A stretch of DNA of 61,157 bases, the filler included. It is 6 parts of 6 records of this genome, joined end to end, with 100 filler letters (N's around TTAATTAATTAA, not from the genome) between each part and the next. Parts side by side here need not be neighbours in the genome. Positions count along the whole stretch, not along the records: positions 11,058 to 21,929 come from SRR31156797_2920; positions 22,030 to 33,485 come from SRR31156797_2926; 4 more parts are not named here. One strand, given 5' to 3'. Every line of letters begins with the position of its first letter. Within the stretch, counting starts at the first letter, position 1. The notes beneath the pieces are model-generated. The model worked only from the letters and a program-made list of their open reading frames with translations, made no database searches and was not told the DNA's origin. A program made the position numbers and the translations under genes. This document shows, piece after piece, positions 18,817 through 28,500 of the stretch.

Positions 18817-19884
18817 ATGAAAATAACTGCGGTTCGTTGGTGGGAGGAATCCCTGCCGTTGACAAGGCCCTACACCATTGCCTACCAGACAATCAGCGCC
18901 GTTGAAAACCATTTCGTCACCATCGAGACCGAAGACGGCACCATGGGCATCGGGGTCGGATCCCCGGCGGAGGAGGTGACGGGAGAGAGTGAAAAAGCCT
19001 GCGGCCAGGCCCTTGACTCCGTTCTGGAACCCTTGCTCATGGGCAAGGATATCCGGCACCTGAACGCTATCTTAAGGGAGCTGGACCGGGCCATCCCCGA
19101 GGCGCCTGCCGCCAGGGCCGCCATTGACATCGCTCTCCACGATCTGGCGGCGAAGCACCTGGGCCTTCCCCTGGTGGATCTGCTGGGCCGGTGCCACACC
19201 ACCCTTCCCACCTCCATCACCCTTGGCATCAGAACCATTGAAGAAACCCTGGAGGAGGCCCGGGAGTACCGGTCAAGGGGGTTCAATTATCTCAAGGTCA
19301 AGATCGGCAAATCCCTTGACGAGGATGTGGAGCGCCTGGCGCGGCTCAGGGAGGAAGTGGGGCCCCATGTGAAGATCCGGGTGGACGCCAACCTGGGCTA
19401 CACCTATAACCAGCTGGTCGCCTTTGCCATCAAGACCCGTCCCCTGGACCTTGAATTGATCGAACAGCCCCTGAAAACCCATGACCTGGACGACATGCGG
19501 GCCCTGTCAGACGGGACAAGAAACCTGATGGCCGCGGACGAAAGCCTTGTCACCGTCAATGACGCCCTGGCCCTGTCCGGCCCTTCCCCGCCCTTCGGCA
19601 TTTACAACATCAAGCTCATGAAATGCGGCGGCATTGCCCCGGCACTGAAGATCGCCGAGCTTGCGCGACTTTCAGCCATCGATCTCATGTGGGGATGCAT
19701 GGACGAGAGCATTGTGGGCATCTCGGCGGCCCTCCATGCCGCCCTTGCCTCTCCCGCAACCCGCTATCTGGATCTTGACGGCAGCCTGGACCTGTCAAGG
19801 GATCTTGTAAAAGGCGGGTTTGTTCTGGAAAACGGCATGCTGAGGGTCACGGAAAATTCCGGCCTTGGGGTAAAACTCATATGA
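18817..19884 (+). CDS. Enolase-superfamily dipeptide epimerase / N-acetyl-D-Glu racemase-like (DgcA-like)
   Basis: KVKIG, RVDAN, EQP, ADES, NIKLMKCGG, DLDG; start moved to ATG 18817. Confidence 0.85.
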   Translation: MKITAVRWWEESLPLTRPYTIAYQTISAVENHFVTIETEDGTMGIGVGSPAEEVTGESEKACGQALDSVLEPLLMGKDIRHLNAILRELDRAIPEAPAARAAIDIALHDLAAKHLGLPLVDLLGRCHTTLPTSITLGIRTIEETLEEAREYRSRGFNYLKVKIGKSLDEDVERLARLREEVGPHVKIRVDANLGYTYNQLVAFAIKTRPLDLELIEQPLKTHDLDDMRALSDGTRNLMAADESLVTVNDALALSGPSPPFGIYNIKLMKCGGIAPALKIAELARLSAIDLMWGCMDESIVGISAALHAALASPATRYLDLDGSLDLSRDLVKGGFVLENGMLRVTENSGLGVKLI

Positions 19885-20053
19885 GAAGAACAAACTTTAA
19901 TTAATAAAATGCCATCATGCCACCGTAGCGAAGAACCCGGGCCTTGGCGTGGAACGTATATAAGGCCAGGCAACTTGAAAAAATAGATTGCCATTTTGAC
20001 ACCGGGGCCGCAAAATTGAGTCCCGGCGTGGAACCGATATAAGGAGAAGTGAG

Positions 20054-21163
20054 TTGAAAAAAGAGAACGCCATCGTCCTGACCAGGGGAAGCCTTGACAA
20101 CGAAGCCGCCAAAACCGCCCACGGCCTGATCCGGGGGGGAGACAGGTTCCATCTTCTTGCCGTCATCGACCATGTCCATGCCGGCAGGGACGCAGGGGAG
20201 GTGCTGGACGGCACATTCAGGGAGATCCCGGTCCATGGCTCCATCCGGGAATTCCTCGATTACGGAACCGCCCGCCCCGCCTTTTGCATCATCGGCGTGG
20301 CGCTTGCCGGCGGCAGGCTGCCGGAAGAGTGGCACAGCCTCCTGATTGAAGCCCTGGAAAACGGGATCTCCATTGTCAACCCCATGCACCAGCGCTTGGG
20401 AGCGGTCCCGGAGCTGAAAAAGGCCGCCCGAAAAAGCGGGGCCGCCATCATCGACGTTCGGGAACCGCGCCCCCTGGAAGAACTCCATTTCTGGACCGGG
20501 GACATCTACCGGGTCAAGACGCCGAAAATCGCCGTACTCGGCACCGATTGCGCCCTTGGCAAGCGCACCACCTGCTCCCTTCTCAAGGACGCCTGCCTGG
20601 AAGGAGGCATCCGGGGAGAGATGATCTACACCGGCCAGACCGGCTGGATGCTGGGCAACCGGTTCGGGTTCATCCTCGACTCCACCCTCAACGATTTTGT
20701 GAGCGGTGAGCTGGAACACGCCATTGTGGAATGTGACAAGGCCACCTCCCCGGACTGCATCCTCATCGAAGGACAGTCCAGCCTGAGAAACCCGTCCGGT
20801 CCCTGCGGCTCGGAGTTCATCCTGTCCGGAAACGTCAAGGGGGTGATCCTCCAGCACGCCCCGTTCCGGGAGTGTTTTGATACCCTTGAAGGACCGGGAT
20901 GCATGATTCCCAGCGTGACGGATGAAATAGAGATCATCCGTCTCATGGGGGCCAGGGTCATTGCCGTCACCCTGAACCTGGGCCAGGCGGACGGGCAGGA
21001 AGGCATTGCCTGCCAGCAACGGCTGGAGGAGGAGACCGGCATCCCGGTTATCCGTCCCCTGGAAGAGGGCATGGACCGGCTGGTATCGGTCATCCGGAAA
21101 TTCATCCGGGAGGACGATCCTGAAACCACCGTCACACAGCTGAATAACAGGTCACCGATATGA
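20054..21163 (+). CDS. DUF1611 P-loop protein (D-glutamate N-acetyltransferase DgcN-like)
   Basis: AKTAHGLIR, GTDCALGKRTT, TGQTG, DFVSGELE, IEGQSSL. Confidence 0.85.
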   Translation: MKKENAIVLTRGSLDNEAAKTAHGLIRGGDRFHLLAVIDHVHAGRDAGEVLDGTFREIPVHGSIREFLDYGTARPAFCIIGVALAGGRLPEEWHSLLIEALENGISIVNPMHQRLGAVPELKKAARKSGAAIIDVREPRPLEELHFWTGDIYRVKTPKIAVLGTDCALGKRTTCSLLKDACLEGGIRGEMIYTGQTGWMLGNRFGFILDSTLNDFVSGELEHAIVECDKATSPDCILIEGQSSLRNPSGPCGSEFILSGNVKGVILQHAPFRECFDTLEGPGCMIPSVTDEIEIIRLMGARVIAVTLNLGQADGQEGIACQQRLEEETGIPVIRPLEEGMDRLVSVIRKFIREDDPETTVTQLNNRSPI

Positions 21164-21179
21164 TAACACCGGAAGACAA

Positions 21180-21929
21180 ATGAACCGGGAATTTTTCCAC
21201 AGGGATCCGGCCCTCCCCTTTGCCGAGTGCCGCTCGTCCACAAACAGCGGCCGGCACTACAAGCCCCACATGCACCGGACCTTCAGCATCGGGGCCATCG
21301 ACCGGGGGGAGGTGGTCTACCAGGTCAACGGCCAGCCAGCCCGTCTCACACCCGGCACCCTGGCCCTCATCAACCCGGAACAGCTCCACGCCTGCAACCC
21401 CACCCGGCCGGCCAGGCGCAGTTACTACATGCTCTATCTCACCGTGGCGTGGTGCCTCAAACTCCAACAGTCCCTGTGGCAGACGGACACGTTTCATCCG
21501 GTAACAGCCGTTGCCCTGGAAGACAAAGATTTGTACCGGCAGTACATAGACCTCATGGAATTGATGACACAAAAGGGGGAGGTGCTTGAAAAGGAGCAAC
21601 TCCTGGCGGAGCTTATGGGAGCCGTATTTACAAGCGCCTGTGAACCGGGAAAAGAAACAGCCCGGCCCGCCCTGGAGATGACACCGGTGAAACGGCTGTT
21701 GGGCAAAGACCTGGACCGGGAACTGACCCTGGACCAACTTGCCGAAACCCTCCGGGCCAACCCCTACACCCTGCTCAGGCAGTTCAAGCGGGCCACGGGC
21801 CTGACGCCCCACGCCTACAGGATGAACTGCCGGATCGAGCGGGCAAGGTTTCTCCTGCAACAGGGAATGGAAGTATCCCAGGTTGCCCTGGAAAGCGGTT
21901 TTTACGACCAGAGCCACTTCCACCGCCAT
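21180..21929 (+). CDS. AraC-family regulator with cupin ligand-binding domain (3' truncated)
   Basis: H.H...SIG, INPEQLHACNP; LLRQFKRATGLTPHAY, VALESGFYDQSHFHR. Confidence 0.9.
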
Positions 21930-22029
21930 NNNNNNNNNNNNNNNNNNNNNNNNNNNNNNNNNNNNNNNNNNNNTTAATTAATTAANNNNNNNNNNNNNNN
22001 NNNNNNNNNNNNNNNNNNNNNNNNNNNNN
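21930..22029. other. Artificial contig spacer
   Basis: N run with TTAATTAATTAA. Confidence 0.99.
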
Positions 22030-22080
22030 CAGGGGATGGAGTCGCGTGCCGGAGCCGCCTGCGAGGATAATGCCTTTCAT
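22030..22080 (-). CDS. rfbA: Glucose-1-phosphate thymidylyltransferase, first 17 codons (truncated by contig end)
   Basis: Hand translation MKGIILAGGSGTRLHPL; AGAGG RBS upstream. Confidence 0.85.
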
Positions 22081-22217
22081 GGGTGCCTCTTGGTCCTGTA
22101 ATTTACATCAAGTTCGAGTTGGGTTACATCCCAATTGCATGACTTCTGCCCTAGTATAGGGGCGGGATAACAGAAAAATCAACTGGCATTTGACGAATGG
22201 AAATGCAAGGTGAATGA

Positions 22218-22949
22218 ATGTATCCGTATTTTCAGTTTTCAGGCGGCATGATCCCGGCACTGCTTTTATTGGTAGCGCTCTTTTTTCTCTTTATTTTTTT
22301 GCCGGTTTCTATGGTAGCCGAGGCGTTTTCCAAGCTCGGTTTGACACCCGCTCAAGGTGTGTTGATGTTCATCGCCATTCTTGTTGGCAGGGCTATGAAT
22401 ATACCGTTTTTTACGAGCGAGAGGCTTGTCGTGGTTCCAAAACCGCGTTCGGTCAGCTTTGGTTTGGATGAATTCGGAAGGCCGGTTCAGATTGAAGAAG
22501 ATGGCACCAACGAGCTGAAAAAGCAGGTTTTCGCTGTCAATGTAGGTGGTTTTTTGTTGCCGTTTTTGCTCAGTCTGACCTTTTTGATTCGTCAACACAT
22601 GATTGGGCAAACGGACGGGGTTTATCTTTGGATTGGATTTGCCATGATCATGGTTACACTTGGTTGCTATATCACAGCAAAGCCGGATGTTCTGACGGGA
22701 TTGCGTATCCCCTTGGTTCTTCCTGCAATTATGACGTTTTTTTCAGTGTATTTTTTTGTGCCTGAACCGTTCAGGCCCGTTGCTGCATATATTGCCGGCA
22801 CTATGGGAGCCATTATCGGTGGCAACTTGATTCCATTACTTGTTCCCCGTTTTCGCAATTCTGTTGGTACGCCCGTTGTTTCCATTGGTGGGCCGGGAAC
22901 GTTTGGCGGTGTGTTTATTGCGGGAATTCTGTCCGTGCTTTTGGCCTAA
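22218..22949 (+). CDS. DUF1614-like membrane protein
   Basis: AF.KLGL, NIP, AVNVGG, AYIAGT.G..IG, SIGG.GTF.GVF..GI. Confidence 0.75.
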   Translation: MYPYFQFSGGMIPALLLLVALFFLFIFLPVSMVAEAFSKLGLTPAQGVLMFIAILVGRAMNIPFFTSERLVVVPKPRSVSFGLDEFGRPVQIEEDGTNELKKQVFAVNVGGFLLPFLLSLTFLIRQHMIGQTDGVYLWIGFAMIMVTLGCYITAKPDVLTGLRIPLVLPAIMTFFSVYFFVPEPFRPVAAYIAGTMGAIIGGNLIPLLVPRFRNSVGTPVVSIGGPGTFGGVFIAGILSVLLA

Positions 22950-22970
22950 CTTCATTAATAGGAAGTCATA

Positions 22971-23762
22971 ATGTTAGCCTCCACTCTTTTTCTGACTGTA
23001 AAAATATCGATTGCTTCTGGTGACCGCGGGTACCTGAGTTGTGCCGGTGTGACACCGCCAGTTTCCGTGATTGCAACGGCCGATTCATTGCCTAACCTGC
23101 GGGTAGGCACTCGTTTGACCTCTGATACAGGTGAATTCCTTGTGCAAGCTGTGACATGGCTCCCCGGTGATATCGGTGAGCCGTCAACACCTGTGTACCT
23201 TGTTGAAGCCATGCAGGATGTGAAAGCCGGTTTATTGGAATGTGGTATTGTTCGAGAAGGGTATGCGTTGGCCTGGATTACATTGAGTGACAAAGGTTCA
23301 CAGGGAAAAAGGGTGGACGAGTCAGGTCCGCTTGTCGGAACACTGGTTGCCGAAAAGCTTGCGCTTAACTTTGTTCAGGGGTTCGTCATTCCCGATGACG
23401 TTTCTCAACTTAAAGGACTTCTGGTGGATTTAGCGTTGAATCAGGGCGTTGATCTTATTTTGACAACTGGCGGGACAGGAGTCGGACCTCGGGATGTTAC
23501 TCCCGAAGCAACTTTAGCTGTGATTGAGAAACGACTCCCGGGGTATGAACGGGCTATGACAGCAGCCAGCCTTCTTAAGACTCCACACGGTGCTATTTCT
23601 CGTGCCGTTGCTGGCACGTTGGGGCAGACGGTGATCGTTAATATGCCGGGGAGTCCCAGGGCTGTGGCAGAATGTCTCGAACCTCTTTTGCCAACCTTGC
23701 GTCATACTTTGCAAAAGTTGCAGGGTGATCCGTCTGATTGTGCACTTTTACGAAAAGAGTGA
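22971..23762 (+). CDS. MogA/MoaB molybdopterin adenylyltransferase with an N-terminal extension
   Basis: ITLSDKG...R.DESGP, IPDD, LTTGGTGVGPRDVTPEAT, SRA.AG, NMPGSP. Confidence 0.88.
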   Translation: MLASTLFLTVKISIASGDRGYLSCAGVTPPVSVIATADSLPNLRVGTRLTSDTGEFLVQAVTWLPGDIGEPSTPVYLVEAMQDVKAGLLECGIVREGYALAWITLSDKGSQGKRVDESGPLVGTLVAEKLALNFVQGFVIPDDVSQLKGLLVDLALNQGVDLILTTGGTGVGPRDVTPEATLAVIEKRLPGYERAMTAASLLKTPHGAISRAVAGTLGQTVIVNMPGSPRAVAECLEPLLPTLRHTLQKLQGDPSDCALLRKE

Positions 23763-23866
23763 GTCTCTTTAGGGGTTGCGACTCCCGAAGAGAGTTGATA
23801 CAAGGTTGAATTGCTAATCGTTGCTAATGCAACTGAACTTCATATGATACCAAGCAGGAACGCACT

Positions 23867-25231
23867 ATGAGCCGTAATCGGTTTTCTCTTTTTGTTTTGA
23901 CCCTCGTGGCCGTTCTGGCCTTTTCTACCTTGGCTTTTGCCCAAGACGCTGATCCCGCTATGGGATCCGAATCCAAATCTGCGGAAATCACTGGTCCTTT
24001 TGATTTGGAGCGGTGCGTGCAACGCGCTTTAGACCTTAATCCGAGCATGACTTCAATTCGTGCTCAGTTGCAGGGCACCAAGTTCGGAACACGTTCATCC
24101 ATGGGTGATTTTGGGCCTGCTTTGAGTGCGACTTATGGCTATAAGCATTATGATCGTGGGTACACATCGAGTGGGAAACAATCCGATTGGGTTGCTGGTG
24201 TTAACGTCACGCAGCCTGTTTTTAAGGGGTTTAATCTGCTTGCCACTTGGCAGAAGGCTCAACTGACTGAAGAATCCACGATGGCTTCTTTGACCAACGT
24301 CGAGTTGACTCTTGTTGAAAATGTTCAGACGACGTTTTTGTCTTTGCTGAAGGCTCGGATGGATGTGAAGAGCGCGGAAGATTCTGTTGCACGACTGGAA
24401 TCTCAGCTTAAGGTTATCAGTGCATTTTATGATGTTGGCCTCAGGCCTAAAGCCGAAGTTCTGGACGCTGAAGTTGATTTGGCGACTTCCAAACAGGGGC
24501 TTTTAACTGCGCGCAACAATGTTTTTACTCAAGAAGCTCAACTCAACACTTTGTTAAATATTCCTATCGAAATGGATGTGGAATATGTTGGTCAACTTCA
24601 ATACGTTCCTTTTGATCTTTCCCTCAAAGAGTGCCTGACTCGTGCTTATGATCATCGCCCCGACTTGTTGATTGGAGAAAAGAGTGTCGAGATTGCCAAG
24701 AAGGACGTGACTATTTCCGAAAGCAGTTTTTATCCTTCGGTTGACGCTACATGGGATTACGTTAACCGGGGTGATAACGCCGGTTTGAATGGCGGCGGAG
24801 ACTATACTCATGAAGGTTCTGAATACTGGACTGCCGGCGTGAGTGCATCAATGTCCATTTTTGAATGGGGTTCTGATTATTACGATTCCAAGCAGTTCGA
24901 TCAAACTGTAAAGCAGCTGGAAGCGGACTTGGAAAACACTCGTCTCAATGCCGGTTTTGAAGTCAAGCGTTCTTTGTTGAGCATTCAAGAGGCAGCCGAC
25001 CGTATTACAGTTGCTAAGAAGTCTGTGACTGCGGCTGAAGAAGCCTATCGTATGGCTGTGGCTCGGTATCAGGCTCAGGTCGGTACTAACACGGATGTGT
25101 TGAATGCTCAGGAAAGACTGACAGCCAGCGAGGCACAACTTTCTCAGGCTTTGGCTGATTACGGCACAGCCGTTTCTGCTCTGTATGTTGCCATGGGTGA
25201 GAAGAACCTCGGACTGAAAGACGCCAAATAG
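23867..25231 (+). CDS. TolC-family outer-membrane efflux protein
   Basis: Signal peptide; two OEP repeats (TQPVFKG, YDVGL.PK.EVL.A; RYQAQVGT.TDVL.AQ). Confidence 0.9.
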   Translation: MSRNRFSLFVLTLVAVLAFSTLAFAQDADPAMGSESKSAEITGPFDLERCVQRALDLNPSMTSIRAQLQGTKFGTRSSMGDFGPALSATYGYKHYDRGYTSSGKQSDWVAGVNVTQPVFKGFNLLATWQKAQLTEESTMASLTNVELTLVENVQTTFLSLLKARMDVKSAEDSVARLESQLKVISAFYDVGLRPKAEVLDAEVDLATSKQGLLTARNNVFTQEAQLNTLLNIPIEMDVEYVGQLQYVPFDLSLKECLTRAYDHRPDLLIGEKSVEIAKKDVTISESSFYPSVDATWDYVNRGDNAGLNGGGDYTHEGSEYWTAGVSASMSIFEWGSDYYDSKQFDQTVKQLEADLENTRLNAGFEVKRSLLSIQEAADRITVAKKSVTAAEEAYRMAVARYQAQVGTNTDVLNAQERLTASEAQLSQALADYGTAVSALYVAMGEKNLGLKDAK

Positions 25232-25232
25232 C

Positions 25233-25439
25233 ATGTTTGTTCATCGTAAACGCACTTGGCGTGCTGATGGCATGGAGTGCAAACTGTGCGGATTCGACCT
25301 GACAGCTTATAGAGGGTGCCAAGAGGTGACCCTACGATGTCCTCAATGCGGGGAAACGTATGATCTCAAGGAGTTTGTCTCCAAAATGGATGATGACTTC
25401 GAGGAGGAGATGGAGTTTGTCCCGATGGATCGTATTTGA
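25233..25439 (+). CDS. Dual-CXXC small (seleno)protein family member, Cys form
   Basis: CKLC...YRGCQEV.LRCPQC..YDL..F...MDDDFEE; the central residue is TGC. Confidence 0.65.
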   Translation: MFVHRKRTWRADGMECKLCGFDLTAYRGCQEVTLRCPQCGETYDLKEFVSKMDDDFEEEMEFVPMDRI

Positions 25440-25443
25440 TTCC

Positions 25444-26373
25444 ATGAATTTTATTCGCATGAAACGTGCGGCCTTCGTGTTTGCGTTGGCCGCCGTTTTC
25501 TTTTGTTCAATGTCTCCTTTTGCAAAAGCAGAAGACCAGGAGCTTTGGCAGCCATTGGTTCGTCAGTTGGTTGATGACGGTTTTGATCAAGCCCATATGA
25601 CCTATCTTTTTTCCAGCCCCGACTTGGAATTCTCTCCACAGATTATGGCCCGGAAGATGAATTCACTACTTAACATCAAACTTTCTACGAAGAAGCCCGG
25701 GCCTCCCAAGGAACCCGAGGTCATGGTTCGGTATCTCAATCCTATTTTGATTGCAGGGGCGTATGCCTTTTATCGTGAAAATAGAGCTGAGTTTGCCATT
25801 ATCGAGGAGCGCTATGGGGTGCCGGGGGAGTTGCTGACCTCACTTTTGCTTGTGGAGACTCGTCTCGGGACGAACGTTGGTGACAGTAATGCGTTTACCA
25901 TCTTGGCAAGTATGGCGTTATCACGAGATTTTTCATTGATTAAGGCTGGTATAAAAAGGACAGATGTTTCTGATGACATCATGAAATGGTTGGTTAAACG
26001 GACGCAACAAAAGGCGAGTTGGGCGTATACGGAATTGAAAGCCCTGTTGAGATATGCTGAAGGGAATGGTCAGAATCCGCTTTCCATTCCGAGCTCTATG
26101 TATGGGGCCATTGGGCAATGCCAGTTCATGCCAACCAGCGCAGAACATTATGGCAAAGATGGCACAGGTGATGGGCGTGTTGATTTGTTTGAAACTCGTG
26201 ACGCCTTACACAGTATGGCAAATTTCATAGCTGAACATGGTTGGAAAAACAGTTTGTCGCCTGAAGGCAAGCATAAAGTGTTGTATAGATATAACCATTC
26301 AGACAGTTATGCCATGACTATTCTTTCCGTTGCCGACAAGATCAGAAAAACAAAGGATTTATTTGGCGGTTAA
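25444..26373 (+). CDS. MltB-family lytic murein transglycosylase
   Basis: RYGVP......VETRLG, SMYGAIG.CQFMPTS...YG.DG.GDGRVDLF, YNHS..YA. Confidence 0.88.
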   Translation: MNFIRMKRAAFVFALAAVFFCSMSPFAKAEDQELWQPLVRQLVDDGFDQAHMTYLFSSPDLEFSPQIMARKMNSLLNIKLSTKKPGPPKEPEVMVRYLNPILIAGAYAFYRENRAEFAIIEERYGVPGELLTSLLLVETRLGTNVGDSNAFTILASMALSRDFSLIKAGIKRTDVSDDIMKWLVKRTQQKASWAYTELKALLRYAEGNGQNPLSIPSSMYGAIGQCQFMPTSAEHYGKDGTGDGRVDLFETRDALHSMANFIAEHGWKNSLSPEGKHKVLYRYNHSDSYAMTILSVADKIRKTKDLFGG

Positions 26374-26387
26374 ATCGTCTGTTTTCG

Positions 26388-27497
26388 TCACCTTTCATCA
26401 AGTAGACTTTGGTAGAGGTTCAGTGTTCTTTTGAGGAATTCTTCTAAAGTCAGTTGCGACATAGTCCTTTTCTGGGCTTCCAGGACTTCTTTACGGAGTT
26501 CAGACTGCTCAATTAACATACCAATGGTTTGTGCAAGACCATCAATGTCGTTTGGTTTGACGAGCATGGCTGGGCTGACCAGATCGGGCATGACTCCGAC
26601 ATTGGTTGATACCAACGGGCGCCCTGCAGCCATGACCTCCAGAGCGGATCGAGCGATGGCCTCGGACCAGAGTGATGCAACTACTCCAATATCAAGTGCG
26701 CTGATGCAAGCTTCAACATCGGTTCTTTTGCCGCTGATGTGAGTAATGTCGTCTATGGAATATTCGTCGATGTACTCTTGAATCTGTGAACTGGTCATGG
26801 CTGTGTCAAAACCTATGAGGAATAGGCGGATTGAGTCGTGCCCCTGTTCTCGCAAGCGGGCTACGGCCGCGATTGTTTCCTTGTGTCCCTTGACCCGATC
26901 AAAACGACCGAGTAGGCCCACCACAGTATGGTCTGAAGTGAATCCGAATTCTTTGCGGACCCGATTTCTACCTTCTTGGTCGAAGCGAAATCTTTTAGAG
27001 TCTACGCCACCGTGGATGAGCCAAAGGCCTTTACCTGGAGTGCGCATCTTTTCTAGAAAGTAGTTGGCCATACGGCGGTTGGTAACAACCACACTGTCCG
27101 CAACCTTTGCATGAAGCCAGCGGTTAAAAACATCATTTCTGGGTGGACGTTGATCACCCCTGGTACGGACGAGTTTGAATTTGAAGCCCATAAGTTTGAG
27201 CAGTCCCCACAGGAAAAAACCTTCACCTCTGTGACAGTTCACGATGTCAGGGCGGTGTGTACGTAATAGTTGTATGATATGCTTCGTAGCGGTGGCAAAC
27301 CGGACAGGATTCGTCGTGTTCAGATCGATAGGGACAGTGTCAAGCCCTATGTCGCGGGCTATTTTATCGGGTGCTGTTCCTGCTTGGGTCAGGACAACGA
27401 CGTCGTGGCCTGCATCGGCCAGAAGGCGGCTCAGGATGATTGCATACCATGCGGTGGCGTTGAACCAGCGGACATTGATAACTTGGAATATTTTCAT
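26388..27497 (-). CDS. GT4 (GT-B) glycosyltransferase
   Basis: GRFDRVKGH, SEAI.R.ALEVMAAGRPLVSTNVG; start at MKIFQV. Confidence 0.9.
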   Translation of the reverse strand: MKIFQVINVRWFNATAWYAIILSRLLADAGHDVVVLTQAGTAPDKIARDIGLDTVPIDLNTTNPVRFATATKHIIQLLRTHRPDIVNCHRGEGFFLWGLLKLMGFKFKLVRTRGDQRPPRNDVFNRWLHAKVADSVVVTNRRMANYFLEKMRTPGKGLWLIHGGVDSKRFRFDQEGRNRVRKEFGFTSDHTVVGLLGRFDRVKGHKETIAAVARLREQGHDSIRLFLIGFDTAMTSSQIQEYIDEYSIDDITHISGKRTDVEACISALDIGVVASLWSEAIARSALEVMAAGRPLVSTNVGVMPDLVSPAMLVKPNDIDGLAQTIGMLIEQSELRKEVLEAQKRTMSQLTLEEFLKRTLNLYQSLLDER

Positions 27498-27576
27498 AAA
27501 AATTGCCTGTTGGAATGTTGGAATGTTGGATTCACAACATGACAGTTCAAGGCGGGGAACGCAAGGTATTCGATAT

Positions 27577-28437
27577 ATGGAAAATAAAATTGTATCTATT
27601 ATTCTCCCGACGTACAATCGTGCAAGATTTATCGGAGCAGCTTTGGAATCTGTTCTGGCTCAAACCTATGAGCAGTGGGAGTGCATAATTATTGATGATG
27701 GTTCCACAGACGAGACCGTTGACGTCATTTCTCAGTATGATGATCCGCGTTTTGTTTATCTGTATCAAGACAATCAAGGGGTGTCGGGAGCACGCAACAC
27801 TGGTATAGAGGCTTGCAGGGGGGACATGATGGCCCTGTTGGACTCCGATGATGAGTGGTTGCCTACCAAGCTCGCTACACAGGTTGCTTACATGGAGGAT
27901 CACGGATACGAAATTTGCCAGACAGAAGAGACATGGTTTCGTGGCGGAAAACGTGTCAATCAACCCAAGAAGTACGCCAAGCCTGAAGGGTGGTTCTTTG
28001 AGGCTTCGTTGGAAATGTGTTTGATAAGTCCATCCTGCACAATGTTTACGGGACGAGCATGGAACGACATCGGGCCATTTGATACGAATATGCCGTCGTG
28101 TGAAGATTATGATATGTGGCTTCGAGCCTGCCTAAATTATCCTGTTGGGTTGGTGCCAGAAAAGTTAACCATTAAACATGGTGGGCGTGCTGACCAGTTG
28201 TCAATTTGTGTTCCGTGTGCAGACCTTCATCGTATTCGTGCTTTGATAAAAATCCTGCAAAGTCGTAAACTTGACGCAGAACAATGGAATATGGCTCTGT
28301 CGTCCTTGCAGCGAAAAGTTGAGATATATATGCAAGGGTGTGAAAAAAGAGGGAAAAGTGATGAGGCCAATCGGGTTTGGAATCTGTTTTGCATAGTGCG
28401 TGAAGGGAAAAAAGTTCCCTTGAATACATTATGTTAG
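27577..28437 (+). CDS. GT2 (GT-A) glycosyltransferase
   Basis: VSIILPTYNR, IIDDGSTD, GVSGARN.G, LDSDD, EDYD.WLR. Confidence 0.9.
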   Translation: MENKIVSIILPTYNRARFIGAALESVLAQTYEQWECIIIDDGSTDETVDVISQYDDPRFVYLYQDNQGVSGARNTGIEACRGDMMALLDSDDEWLPTKLATQVAYMEDHGYEICQTEETWFRGGKRVNQPKKYAKPEGWFFEASLEMCLISPSCTMFTGRAWNDIGPFDTNMPSCEDYDMWLRACLNYPVGLVPEKLTIKHGGRADQLSICVPCADLHRIRALIKILQSRKLDAEQWNMALSSLQRKVEIYMQGCEKRGKSDEANRVWNLFCIVREGKKVPLNTLC

Positions 28438-28500
28438 CAATGACATGAACGGTTGACAGTTCAAATTTAGGAAATGCCTGTTCAGGTGTGAGGTAAGCGC

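Noticed and set aside
19901-21929. Long antisense ORFs (19901-21019, 21132-21929) and similar ones in contig 2
   Set aside because: Shadows of well-supported plus-strand genes in GC-rich DNA; no motifs of their own
25233-25439. Selenoprotein with TGA read-through
   Set aside because: The relevant codon is TGC and the ORF has no in-frame TGA
27508-27531. TGTTGGAA x3 tandem repeat between divergent glycosyltransferases
   Set aside because: Only three units, the last imperfect; too short to claim phase variation
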